The notes: generated from the sequence alone by a model not told the origin. Shown: positions 1-7,928, counted from the first letter of the stretch. The stretch: 38,144 bases of DNA from Terrimicrobiaceae bacterium (GCA_044342325.1 JBIIPZ010000031.1:1-38144); one strand, 5' to 3'. Made by a program: numbers and translations.

Positions 1-250
1 AGAAATTCTCGGGCGTGTGGATGTGATGGAATACTTTCTGGATCGGCTAGACACCTTGAACCCGCGACTGAAGGCCACCGAGATGGTCACGGAGTTCACC
101 GACCGCATCAAAAAAATCCGCCTCGTCGCGATCGAGACCCAAGGCGCGATACCAACGCCGGAGCAGGTCGCCAAAATGCGGAAGCTCGCCGACGAAGCCG
201 AACAGATCGCCACCGCGAAGGTGGACGGCGATGGCAAGCTGCTGCGCTGA
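1..250 (+). CDS. 3' end of a hypothetical protein running off the window start; first copy of a tandem duplication
   Basis: Open frame from the window edge to TGA at 248-250; the protein matches the C-terminal part of 483..842 except for one I/T change. Confidence 0.7.
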   Translation, partial: EILGRVDVMEYFLDRLDTLNPRLKATEMVTEFTDRIKKIRLVAIETQGAIPTPEQVAKMRKLADEAEQIATAKVDGDGKLLR

Positions 251-455
251 GGGTTTGCTCACGCGAAACCCGCTGAGGCAATCGATGCGAAGCAGGTGTC
301 GCAGGATTTGCACCATGGCAAACTAAACGCGCTTTTCGCTCTGGATTCTTAAAAAGTGATAATGCGAGGGCGGTTTATCATGCGAGGAGTCGTGTGGAAC
401 ACAAGGCGGCGACTTTTTTCCAGCGACGCTTTTGCAAGCATTCTCAATGCTCTTA

Positions 456-481
456 AATGTCAATAATTAATTCCTGACCCC
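456..481 (+). repeat. 26-bp junction motif aatgtcaataattaattcctgacccc, copy 1
   Basis: Identical copy at 1135-1160; 23/26 match on the minus strand at 5068-5093. Confidence 0.85.
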
Positions 482-482
482 T

Positions 483-842
483 ATGACCTACCACGATGAG
501 GAAATGGCCCACATGGTCAGCCTCGGTGGATGGCTGCGCGGCTTCCAACTAGGAGCTGTCAGCACCGATGACCGCTACTCCCCGGCAAAGGCAGAAATTC
601 TCGGGCGTGTGGATGTGATGGAATACTTTCTGGATCGGCTAGACACCTTGAACCCGCGACTGAAGGCCACCGAGATGGTCACGGAGTTCACAGACCGCAT
701 CAAAAAAATCCGCCTCGTCGCGATCGAGACCCAAGGCGCGACGCCCACGCCAGAACAGGTCGCCAAAATGCGGAAGCTCGCCGACGAAGCCGAACAGATC
801 GCCACCGCGAAAGTAGACGGCGACGGTAAGCTGCTGCGCTGA
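483..842 (+). CDS. Hypothetical protein (119 aa, SLGGWLRG motif), probably the duplicated C-terminal fragment of a longer gene
   Basis: ORF starts 1 nt after the TGACCCC motif with no RBS; differences from copy 1 are almost all synonymous. Confidence 0.6.
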   Translation: MTYHDEEMAHMVSLGGWLRGFQLGAVSTDDRYSPAKAEILGRVDVMEYFLDRLDTLNPRLKATEMVTEFTDRIKKIRLVAIETQGATPTPEQVAKMRKLADEAEQIATAKVDGDGKLLR

Positions 843-961
843 GGGTTTGCTCACGCGAAACCCGCTGAGGCAATCGATGCGAAGCAGGTGTTGTAGGATT
901 TGCACCGTGGCAAACAAAAAGCGCTTTTCGGTCTGGATTCTTAAAAAGTGATAATGCGAGG

Positions 962-1097
962 GCGGTTTATCATGTGAGGAGTCGCGTGAAGCACAAGGCG
1001 GCAACTTTTTTCCAGCGACGCTTTTGCAAGACGCTGTGAGAGGCTGCAGAAGGAAAGCGCGGGTGGAAAATGGAGGATAATATGTGATTATTTGGGA
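962..1097 (+). pseudogene. Degenerate N-terminal remnant of a REP-associated tyrosine transposase (RAYT, Y1 HUH family)
   Basis: Translates AVYHVRSRVKHKAATFFQRRFCKTL*EAAEGKRGWK, resembling the RAYT N-terminus (GAVYHVxxRG...FLxTLxEAxxxxGW); DNA matches 24577-24645 on the minus strand. Confidence 0.6.
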
Positions 1098-1134
1098 CTG
1101 ACTCTTTTGTTTGCAAGCGTTCTCAAGGCTCTTA

Positions 1135-1160
1135 AATGTCAATAATTAATTCCTGACCCC
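1135..1160 (+). repeat. 26-bp junction motif, copy 2
   Basis: Identical to 456-481; immediately precedes the truncated DUF4338 gene. Confidence 0.85.
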
Positions 1161-1165
1161 TATGA

Positions 1166-1468
1166 CGTTTCCTGATTCCGCGCTGGGTGCGGGTCCCGCA
1201 CCTCGCGAGCCATGTGCTCGGACTCATTGCCCGTCGCATCCGCTCCGACTGGCAGGAAAAATACGGACACCCCGTGCATGCGCTCGAAACCTTCGTGGAG
1301 CGTTCGCGCTTCCAAGGAACATGCTACCGAGCGGCCAACTGGCAGCGGCTCGGCGAAACCTGCGGGCGCACCCGCAACGACCGCGACAACACGATCCGCG
1401 TCGAGATCAAGGATGTGTATCTGCATCCGCTCACCCCCCGCTTCCGCGAGGAACTTTGCTCGGCATGA
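1166..1468 (+). pseudogene. 5'-truncated DUF4338 (DruA-like) gene, passenger of the IS66 element
   Basis: RFLIPRWVRVPHLASHVL...DWQEKYGHPVHALETFVE..RFQGTCYRAANWQRLGETCGRTRND is the typical DUF4338 C-terminal half; ATGA overlap with the transposase start. Confidence 0.8.
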
Positions 1469-2946
1469 CACGCGAGGAAGCCCAAGCCATTTACCGCGCC
1501 GGCGAGGAAACCGTCGTGCGCGTTCTTGTGGAACTCTCCGCCCGGGTCGATCAACTCACAGCCGACTTCGCCCTCCTCAAAGCGGAAAACATCGCCCTGC
1601 GCGAGCGCGTGCGCACCCTCGAAGGACAACTCGCCAAAGACTCGCACAACAGCAACAAGCCCCCCTCCTCCGACGGCCTTTCCAAGCCCGCCCCCAAAAG
1701 CCTGCGCCCGCCCAGCCAGCGACCCACGGGAGGTCAGCCCGGGCATCCCGGCCACACGCTGCGCATGGTTGAAAAACCCGACCGCACCGTCACCCACCGC
1801 GTCGAGCGCTGCAAGGCCTGCGGCCAATCCCTCGACACCGTCCATCCCGACCGCATCGAGCGCCGCCAAGTCTACGACCTGCCCGAGCCCAAGCTCGAAA
1901 TCACCGAGCACCAAGGCGAAACCAAGGTCTGCTCGTGCGGTTGCGTCAACCGCGCTGCCTTCCCGCCCGAAGTCCCCGCCCCCGTGCAATACGGCCCCCG
2001 CCTCAAAGGCACCGCTGTGTATTTGAGCCAATACCAACTCCTGCCCTTCGAGCGAACCGCCGAAATCCTGCGCGACCTCCACGGCTGCGAATCCTTCAGC
2101 CAAGGCACGCTGGCCAACTTCCATGCCGACTGTGCCGCCCGCCTCGAGCCCGTCGAAGCCGCCATCCTCCAGCAAGTCGCCGCCTCGCCCATCGCCCACT
2201 TCGACGAAACCGGCGTCCGCGCAGAAGGCTCCCTCCACTGGCTCCACACCGTCTGCACCGAAGTCCTCACCTGGTATTACGCCCACAAAAACCGCGGCGC
2301 CCAAGCCATGGACGACGCCGGAGTCCTGCCCACTTTCCAAGGCCGCGCCATCCACGACTTTTGGAAATCCTACCTCAAATACGACTGCCCCCATGGCCTC
2401 TGCAACGCCCACCTGCTGCGCGAACTCATCTTCCTCCACGAACAGCACAATCAAACCTGGGCCCAAGCCATGATCGACTGCCTGCTCGCTGCCAAAGATG
2501 CCGTCACCAACGCCCGTGCCGCCCATCTCCAAGCCGTTCCCAACACCGAAAAAATCGCCCTCATCACCCGATACAATCGCATCATCACCCAAGGCTACGC
2601 GGAAAACCCAGTCCAGCCTCCCAGCGGCCCCAAACGCCGCGGCCCTCGCAAACAAAGCAAAGCCCTCAACCTCCTCGACCGCTTCCGAGACCACTCCCCG
2701 AGCATCCTCGCGTTCCTCCACGACTTCGCTGTCCCCTTCGACAACAACCAAGCCGAACGCGACCTGCGCATGATGAAGGTCCGCCAGAAAATCTCAGGCA
2801 CCTTCCGCAGCCTTGACGCCCTCGAAAACTTCTGCCGCATCCGCGGCTATGTCTCCACAGCCCGCAAAAACAGCCTCACCGCTCTCAACGCCCTCCGCCG
2901 CCTCTTCCTCGGCGACCCGTTCCTCCCAACCCCCAACTCCTCCTAA
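1465..2946 (+). CDS. tnpC: IS66 family transposase (493 aa)
   Basis: NSNKPPSSDG and GGQPGHPG motifs, CxxC zinc finger, HFDETG, LCNAHLLREL, PFDNNQAERDLRMMKVRQKISGTFRS; ATG 1465 overlaps the DUF4338 stop. Confidence 0.95.
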   Translation: MTREEAQAIYRAGEETVVRVLVELSARVDQLTADFALLKAENIALRERVRTLEGQLAKDSHNSNKPPSSDGLSKPAPKSLRPPSQRPTGGQPGHPGHTLRMVEKPDRTVTHRVERCKACGQSLDTVHPDRIERRQVYDLPEPKLEITEHQGETKVCSCGCVNRAAFPPEVPAPVQYGPRLKGTAVYLSQYQLLPFERTAEILRDLHGCESFSQGTLANFHADCAARLEPVEAAILQQVAASPIAHFDETGVRAEGSLHWLHTVCTEVLTWYYAHKNRGAQAMDDAGVLPTFQGRAIHDFWKSYLKYDCPHGLCNAHLLRELIFLHEQHNQTWAQAMIDCLLAAKDAVTNARAAHLQAVPNTEKIALITRYNRIITQGYAENPVQPPSGPKRRGPRKQSKALNLLDRFRDHSPSILAFLHDFAVPFDNNQAERDLRMMKVRQKISGTFRSLDALENFCRIRGYVSTARKNSLTALNALRRLFLGDPFLPTPNSS

Positions 2947-3151
2947 TCCTCCCGCCCACCTACTCAAAAAAATGCTGACGCCAGCTCGCGCCTACCTGAG
3001 TAGTTACGAATTGCAATGGATTAGAAAAAAATTAGAGGGAAGTTAGGTTAAACCCGATCTGGCGGGTGTAGGCTTTTTCCACCTCTATGCAAGGGACTTC
3101 CTCGAGGACCTCGACTCTGGAGACCATCTGCGGGAACTGGGTGAGAAAATT

Positions 3152-3179
3152 GGATACCTTTCCTGTCGTCCAGGGTCAA
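3152..3179 (+). promoter_or_regulatory. Possible ECF-type promoter (GGATAC-N17-GTCAA)
   Basis: Resembles GGAAC/GTC ECF promoters and lies 26 nt upstream of the ECF gene; weak. Confidence 0.25.
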
Positions 3180-3205
3180 TTCAGGTAAAGGAAGAATTAC
3201 GACAG

Positions 3206-4588
3206 ATGCACGGCGATAACGACACCACTTTGATCAAGGAGGCACTGGACGGCAGCCAGGCGGCCTTTGGCTCACTGGTCGAACGTCATCTCCCCATGGT
3301 CGCCGCCCGGGTGGCACCCCGGATCGCGGGTTATCACGACCGTCAGGAAGTGGTGCAGGAAGTTTTCCTGCGCGCCCATGCGCAACTGACGCAGCTGCGC
3401 GAACCCGAACGGTTCCCCGCCTGGCTTGGCCGCATCGCGGACAACGTCAGCCGCCGCTGGCAGCGTCGTGCAATCGTCCAGGGGGACCTCTTCACAGGCC
3501 CTTCTGATGACCAGGCAACCGAAGCCGCTTCGCACAAGCCCGATCTCGCGATTCGCGCGCGACTGGCGACGGCTATGGCCCGGCTTTCCGCCCGGCACCG
3601 GGAGGCTCTGTATAACCACTATGTCGACCGTTTCAGCTACCAACAGATGGCACTCACGCTTGCGTGCGGACCAGATGTGGTGCGCAGCCGACTTCAGAAA
3701 GCACGTAACCAACTCAAAAAGGAGATCCAAAAAATGACAAAGAACAACGAAACCCATAACATCATAACACTCGACCGTGTGACCGCAAGAGCCCTTCAGG
3801 CTGCCTGTGGATTCCGATTCCGCGCTGATCGCGACAACATCAAAAAACGGGTGGTGTCCGGCATCCTGCTGGAGAAATCGGGGACCATAGCCTCCACGGA
3901 CGGAAGGCGGTTGCTCATTCGGCACTGTCCTGCATTGGCCGTGCTGGCCGCCGACGTCGTCCTCGACAACTGCGATGCCGAGGACTTCGTGGATGTGGAC
4001 GGCGCGGAACTGGCGATTGGTGTGACCGAGGCGGTTTTGCGGCGCACGGGGGGGACGGACGTTGTGTTCCCTCTCATAGCCGAGGCCTATCCCGACTACC
4101 GGATGGTTGTCCCCGAAGAACGGGTTTGGCAGTTCCGTGTCCGAGCCTGCCAGGCGCGGAATCTCTTCAACGAGATCGAGCCCTGCCTCGCGCCCCGCCA
4201 TCCCCAGCATGACGGCCTGCGCTACGAGCCGGTTGTTGAACTTGTGCTCGACGTGGTCGGCGGCAAGCTATCTCTGGCGACCCGGAAGAGTCTGGGCTAT
4301 CATATCGATACTCCCAGCGCGGAATCGGGACTCGCCGATCTACCGGACTGGGAACATAGCGCCTTCATTCAGGGTGCCATCGACAGGAACGAGGCGGCAC
4401 CGGACGAACTCGTCATGCACATCAACTTCGAGTATCTCCGGGATGCAGTCGCTGCGCTGGATCTGGCGGATTCCGACACACTGGATTTCGACTTTTTAGA
4501 CAAGAAACGCAATGTGGTGATCCGACCGACTCGCCGAGCGCGCGACATGGCGGTATTGGCACCCTTCCACTCGAAGGCGGGCTCGTGA
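3206..4588 (+). CDS. ECF sigma-70 factor fused to a C-terminal DNA polymerase III beta-clamp (DnaN domains II-III)-like region
   Basis: N-term sigma2 (AFGSLVERH, QEVVQEVFLRA, LREPERFPAWLGRIA) and sigma4 (LSARHRE...SYQQMA...VRSRLQKARNQLK); C-term ASTDGRRL, LIAEAYPDYRMVVP, INFEYLRDAV and VLAPF match DnaN signatures. Confidence 0.85.
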   Translation: MHGDNDTTLIKEALDGSQAAFGSLVERHLPMVAARVAPRIAGYHDRQEVVQEVFLRAHAQLTQLREPERFPAWLGRIADNVSRRWQRRAIVQGDLFTGPSDDQATEAASHKPDLAIRARLATAMARLSARHREALYNHYVDRFSYQQMALTLACGPDVVRSRLQKARNQLKKEIQKMTKNNETHNIITLDRVTARALQAACGFRFRADRDNIKKRVVSGILLEKSGTIASTDGRRLLIRHCPALAVLAADVVLDNCDAEDFVDVDGAELAIGVTEAVLRRTGGTDVVFPLIAEAYPDYRMVVPEERVWQFRVRACQARNLFNEIEPCLAPRHPQHDGLRYEPVVELVLDVVGGKLSLATRKSLGYHIDTPSAESGLADLPDWEHSAFIQGAIDRNEAAPDELVMHINFEYLRDAVAALDLADSDTLDFDFLDKKRNVVIRPTRRARDMAVLAPFHSKAGS

Positions 4589-4653
4589 AATCGTCCAATT
4601 TCTCAAGCGCAGAAACCATCCCAAAAGGCTCTTAACTTAGCGCCATTCAACCC

Positions 4654-4679
4654 TGACCCCTAGTTTCCTTGACCCCTAG
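4654..4679 (+). repeat. Tandem tgacccctagtttcc repeats; the second copy is interrupted by the MITE
   Basis: tgacccctagtttcc at 4654-4668, then tgacccctag at 4670-4679 continuing as tttcc at 4812. Confidence 0.75.
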
Positions 4680-4811
4680 CAGCCTGTCGGACTTAGGCTT
4701 TTTAGATCCAAAAATGACATTTTTGCCCGCCACCTGATGTCTCCCAGAAAATAAAAACGCGATATAGGCGATTTTAGGAGGTCGAGTTTTCTAAGTCCGA
4801 CAGGCTGCTAG
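4676..4811. mobile_element. MITE: 128-bp non-autonomous element with 17-bp terminal inverted repeats and a CTAG target duplication
   Basis: Perfect 21-nt IR ctagcagcctgtcggacttag (4676-4696) / ctaagtccgacaggctgctag (4791-4811); no internal ORF; removing it restores the tandem repeat. Confidence 0.85.
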
Positions 4812-4850
4812 TTTCCGCTTTGAACCTTTAATTTGGTCTCCCCTCGGAAA

Positions 4851-5066
4851 TCAAGACGGTTGCCCTTCAGGGACGGCTTTGCGGATGCTGACCGCCGAGG
4901 GCATGCCAACGCGGCCGGCGTCGTCCGGCCGGACCAGAAGCGTCAGGACGCGGTCGCTGCCTGAGGGGGGCAGGGCGATCTGCAGCGGGGCGGGGGAGGG
5001 ATCGGATTTTTCCGTGATTTTGATTCCGTCCAGCCAGATCTCGGCGCGGCCATGCAGGGAAGTCAA
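4851..5066 (-). pseudogene. Orphan 3' gene fragment, possibly the C-terminal beta-sandwich of a glycoside hydrolase
   Basis: GRAEIWLDG..ITEK...LTLLV; GC-rich coding-like sequence that begins right at the 5068-5093 motif. Confidence 0.45.
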
Positions 5067-5067
5067 A

Positions 5068-5093
5068 GGGGTCGGGCATTAATTATTGATATT
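5068..5093 (-). repeat. 26-bp junction motif, copy 3, inverted
   Basis: Reverse complement aatatcaataattaatgcccgacccc is 23/26 identical to 456-481. Confidence 0.8.
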
Positions 5094-5300
5094 TGTTCGT
5101 CTGGAGGCGCGAGAACCAAACTTGCGGATGGTATGGGAGCGCCAACGTCCTCGTTGGCTTCGCTGGAGTGGCGGGGGCCGAGAAGGACCTCCGTGTTCTG
5201 CTCTCCATCGGCCGAGCATAGCTCACCGAACCGTGAAAGGTGCTGCTTGCAGGATTGCTGTGGAAAAAGACAACGGTATCCCAAGCTCGCAAAAATTCTG

Positions 5301-5328
5301 TTGACTTGGACTACACTCGTGGTATCTC
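5301..5328 (+). promoter_or_regulatory. Sigma70-type promoter with an imperfect BlaI/CopY-type operator; probably a leaderless transcript
   Basis: TTGACT at 5301 and extended -10 TGgTATCTC; the spacer holds the imperfect palindrome ACTACActcGTGGT; ATG is 6 nt downstream. Confidence 0.5.
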
Positions 5329-5334
5329 TTGGAC

Positions 5335-5736
5335 ATGAGTAAGAAGTTTTCGCCTTCTAAAATCTCCGCATCCGAGTGGGAGGTCATGGATATCGTCTGG
5401 GACAAGCACCCGATCACGGCTCCGGAAGTCTTCGCGCTTCTTGGCAAGGATCAGAAGTGGTCGCAAAAAACCGTCAACACATTCCTTGCCCGCCTTGCCG
5501 GGAAAGAGGCGCTATCGGTCGAGAAGCGTTACAACATGAATTTCTATTCGCCCCTCGTTTCCCGCGAGGAATCGGTCGCCCTGGAGAGCCGCAGTTTTCT
5601 TTCCAGGTTTTTCCAAGGTGGCACCGGCGCGTTGCTGGCACATTTCTGCGACCAGGGGAGCTTGAGCGATGCCGAGCTGGCGGAACTGGAGCGCCTGATC
5701 GCGAGCAAGCGTTCGGAACGAAAGAAAAAGAAATGA
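5335..5736 (+). CDS. BlaI/MecI/CopY family transcriptional repressor
   Basis: ISASEWEVMDIVW, WSQKTVNTFLARLAGK, YSPLVSREE, FLSRFFQG. Confidence 0.93.
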   Translation: MSKKFSPSKISASEWEVMDIVWDKHPITAPEVFALLGKDQKWSQKTVNTFLARLAGKEALSVEKRYNMNFYSPLVSREESVALESRSFLSRFFQGGTGALLAHFCDQGSLSDAELAELERLIASKRSERKKKK

Positions 5737-7871
5737 ACTTCCAAGAACTCATCGATCAACTGCTCGCCAACTCCTGGCGGGCCGCGATTCTCATTGCAGC
5801 ACTTTTCGCGTTTCGCGGAGTTCTGCGGCGGTTCCTGGATGCACGGGTGATTTATTTGTTTTGGGTGCTCGTGGCGCTCAGGCTGCTGCTGCCATTTGAT
5901 GTGCCTGTTTCTGTGAGCGCCGCGCGATATCTTCCTCCCGCACCGTGGACCTCCGCGATGGACTTTGATACAGCGCCATCCGTTTCAGCATCTGCGCCGG
6001 TTGTGCCCAACAGCGTTGCTCCTCCCGCAGCCGCTTCGCTCCGTGAGATTCTATTGAATGAAAAAACGCTGGCGATCGTCTGGGCGGCCGGCGTGGCGAC
6101 TGTGCTGCTGGCTTATTTTTGGGCGAGCCTCTCGTTCCGGCGCCAGCTCTCGCGCAGCGGCCGGCGGGCGGGAAAACGGACGGAACAGGCCGTTTCCGAC
6201 TGCTCGCGAACCATGGGGCTGAAACCCATTCCGGTTTTGGAAATGGACGCCCTCTCCGGTCCGGCATTGTTTGGTGTTTGGAGGCCGCGCCTGCTTTTTC
6301 CGTTGGGACTTGCCGACCAGCTTTCCGACGAGGAACTGCGACTCGTGGTTTTGCACGAACTCGGGCATCTCAAACGCCGCGATCTTCTCTTGCAAGGGCT
6401 GCTCGTTCTTTCACAGGCGGTCCATTGGTTTAATCCGCTGGTCTGGCTGGCGGGACGGCTGGCGCGCGAGGATCGCGAGCTGGCCTGCGATGAATTTGTC
6501 ATGGCGCACACCTCCCATTCCGGGAGTCACGCCTACGCAAAAACGCTGCTGCGGGTGCTGGGTCTGTCTCGGCCGGGTCGATCCATGCTCCCCGCAGTCG
6601 GCATCCTGGAAACAAAAAACCAAATCAAACAACGCATCCTTATGATTACAAAATATCAATCGACTAACGCCCGGCGACTCATGCTGGGAACCGCATCCAT
6701 CCTCGCTGTCAGCGCAGGACTGCTCATGGTTAATGCCGCCGAGAGCGGGTCCAATGCTTCAGCGGCGGCCGACGCATCCTCGGGTGCTCCCGAAGGCTGG
6801 TGGAAAAACGGAAGCGCTCCCGCAGCCTATGACGTGGGAATTGACTCCACACAACCCTACAAAAAACCAGTCAGTGTTTATGTGAAATCCTTGGATCCCA
6901 AAGCTTCCGAAGGCAAGTTTGGAGGCATGATGCAGATGTGCAATGCCGAGTCATTCCGGGGAAAGCGACTTAAATTCACAGGATATGTTAAAACCCGTGA
7001 TGTTGTGGGAACCGCGAATCTTTGGTTTCGCGTCGATGGAGAAAATGAGCAACTTCTTGCATTCGACAACATGCAGGATCGCCCAATCAAAGGGACCACG
7101 GATTGGAAGGAATACTCCGTGGTGCTCAACGTTCCTGAGACAGCCACCGCGCTTGCCTACGGCATTTTTATTTCGGGAGCGGGCATGGCATGGCTGAACG
7201 ATGTCCAGATGATTGAAGTGGGTTCTGATGTGAAGAGCACGAATATCGCAGATTTAAGCACTTCTCCGCAGAACAAGTTGCCGGACGCTCCGCAGAACCT
7301 CGATTTCTCGGTCACCGAGAGCGGTTTCAATGCTTCAGCGCCAGCGTCCGCATCCTCGAGCGCTCCCAAAGGCTGGTGGAAAAACGGAAGCAACTCCGAA
7401 GCCTATGATGTGGGAATTGACTCCACACAACCCTACAAAAAACCAGTCACTGTTTATGTGAAATCCTTGGATCCCAAAGCTTCCGAAGGCAAGTTTGGAG
7501 GCATGATGCAGATGTGCCGTGCTGAGTCGTTTCGGGGAAAGCGTCTGAAATTCACGGGGTATGTTAAAACCCGTGATGTTGCGGGGACCGCGAATCTTTG
7601 GTTTCGCGTCGATGGAGAAAATGGGCAACTTCTTGCATTCGACAACATGAGCGATCGCCCAATCAAAGGGACCACGGATTGGAAGGAATACTCCGTGGTG
7701 CTGGACGTTCCTGAGACAGCCACCGCGCTTGCCTACGGCATTTTTGTTTCGGGAGCGGGCACGGCATGGCTGAACGATGTCCAGTTGATTGAAGTGGGTT
7801 CCGGAGTGAAGAGCACTGCAACCAAGTTGCCAGACGCTCCGCAGAACCTCGATTTCTCGAATGGCAAATGA
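5733..7871 (+). CDS. BlaR1-like M56 metallopeptidase with two tandem C-terminal putative sensor domains (712 aa)
   Basis: TM segments, PALFGVWRPRLLFP, HELGH zinc motif, HWFNPLVW, RELACDE; ATGA coupling to the BlaI gene. Confidence 0.92.
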   Translation: MNFQELIDQLLANSWRAAILIAALFAFRGVLRRFLDARVIYLFWVLVALRLLLPFDVPVSVSAARYLPPAPWTSAMDFDTAPSVSASAPVVPNSVAPPAAASLREILLNEKTLAIVWAAGVATVLLAYFWASLSFRRQLSRSGRRAGKRTEQAVSDCSRTMGLKPIPVLEMDALSGPALFGVWRPRLLFPLGLADQLSDEELRLVVLHELGHLKRRDLLLQGLLVLSQAVHWFNPLVWLAGRLAREDRELACDEFVMAHTSHSGSHAYAKTLLRVLGLSRPGRSMLPAVGILETKNQIKQRILMITKYQSTNARRLMLGTASILAVSAGLLMVNAAESGSNASAAADASSGAPEGWWKNGSAPAAYDVGIDSTQPYKKPVSVYVKSLDPKASEGKFGGMMQMCNAESFRGKRLKFTGYVKTRDVVGTANLWFRVDGENEQLLAFDNMQDRPIKGTTDWKEYSVVLNVPETATALAYGIFISGAGMAWLNDVQMIEVGSDVKSTNIADLSTSPQNKLPDAPQNLDFSVTESGFNASAPASASSSAPKGWWKNGSNSEAYDVGIDSTQPYKKPVTVYVKSLDPKASEGKFGGMMQMCRAESFRGKRLKFTGYVKTRDVAGTANLWFRVDGENGQLLAFDNMSDRPIKGTTDWKEYSVVLDVPETATALAYGIFVSGAGTAWLNDVQLIEVGSGVKSTATKLPDAPQNLDFSNGK
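6741..7859 (+). repeat. Intragenic domain duplication with a 576-nt period
   Basis: 6741-7310 and 7317-7859 are nearly identical at DNA level; copy 2 lacks about 30 nt near its end. Confidence 0.95.
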
Positions 7872-7928
7872 TCTGATGCCGACCCCGGCTCGGTGACCAC
7901 ACGGGTGCACGGGATCGAAAAAATTCCT

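Larger units (their letters stand above)
1..1166 (+). repeat. Imperfect tandem duplication: 1-487 matches 593-1166, and copy 2 has an extra 87 nt
   Basis: Direct alignment gives offset 592 before and 679 after the indel; the indel is bounded by tttgcaag microhomology. Confidence 0.95.
1166..3007 (+). mobile_element. IS66-family element (ISBst12-like organisation), left end deleted
   Basis: TnpC-like transposase and right end ...CCTGAGTAGTTAC at 3007 (IS66 ends are GTAA...TTAC); no matching left end seen upstream. Confidence 0.8.

Noticed and set aside
1162..1464. N-terminal extension of the 594-aa transposase ORF
   Set aside because: It overlaps the DUF4338 frame; the transposase more plausibly starts at ATG 1465
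3206..4588. Calling this gene the replicative dnaN
   Set aside because: It lacks clamp domain I, is fused to a sigma factor, is highly diverged and has no dnaA/recF/gyrB context
5136..5158. REP-like hairpin ggagc-gccaacg-tcct-cgttggc
   Set aside because: Only one copy seen in the window, so it cannot be called a repeat family
5376..5732. N-terminal extension of the 831-aa M56 ORF
   Set aside because: It overlaps the BlaI gene; the coupled ATG at 5733 is the likely start
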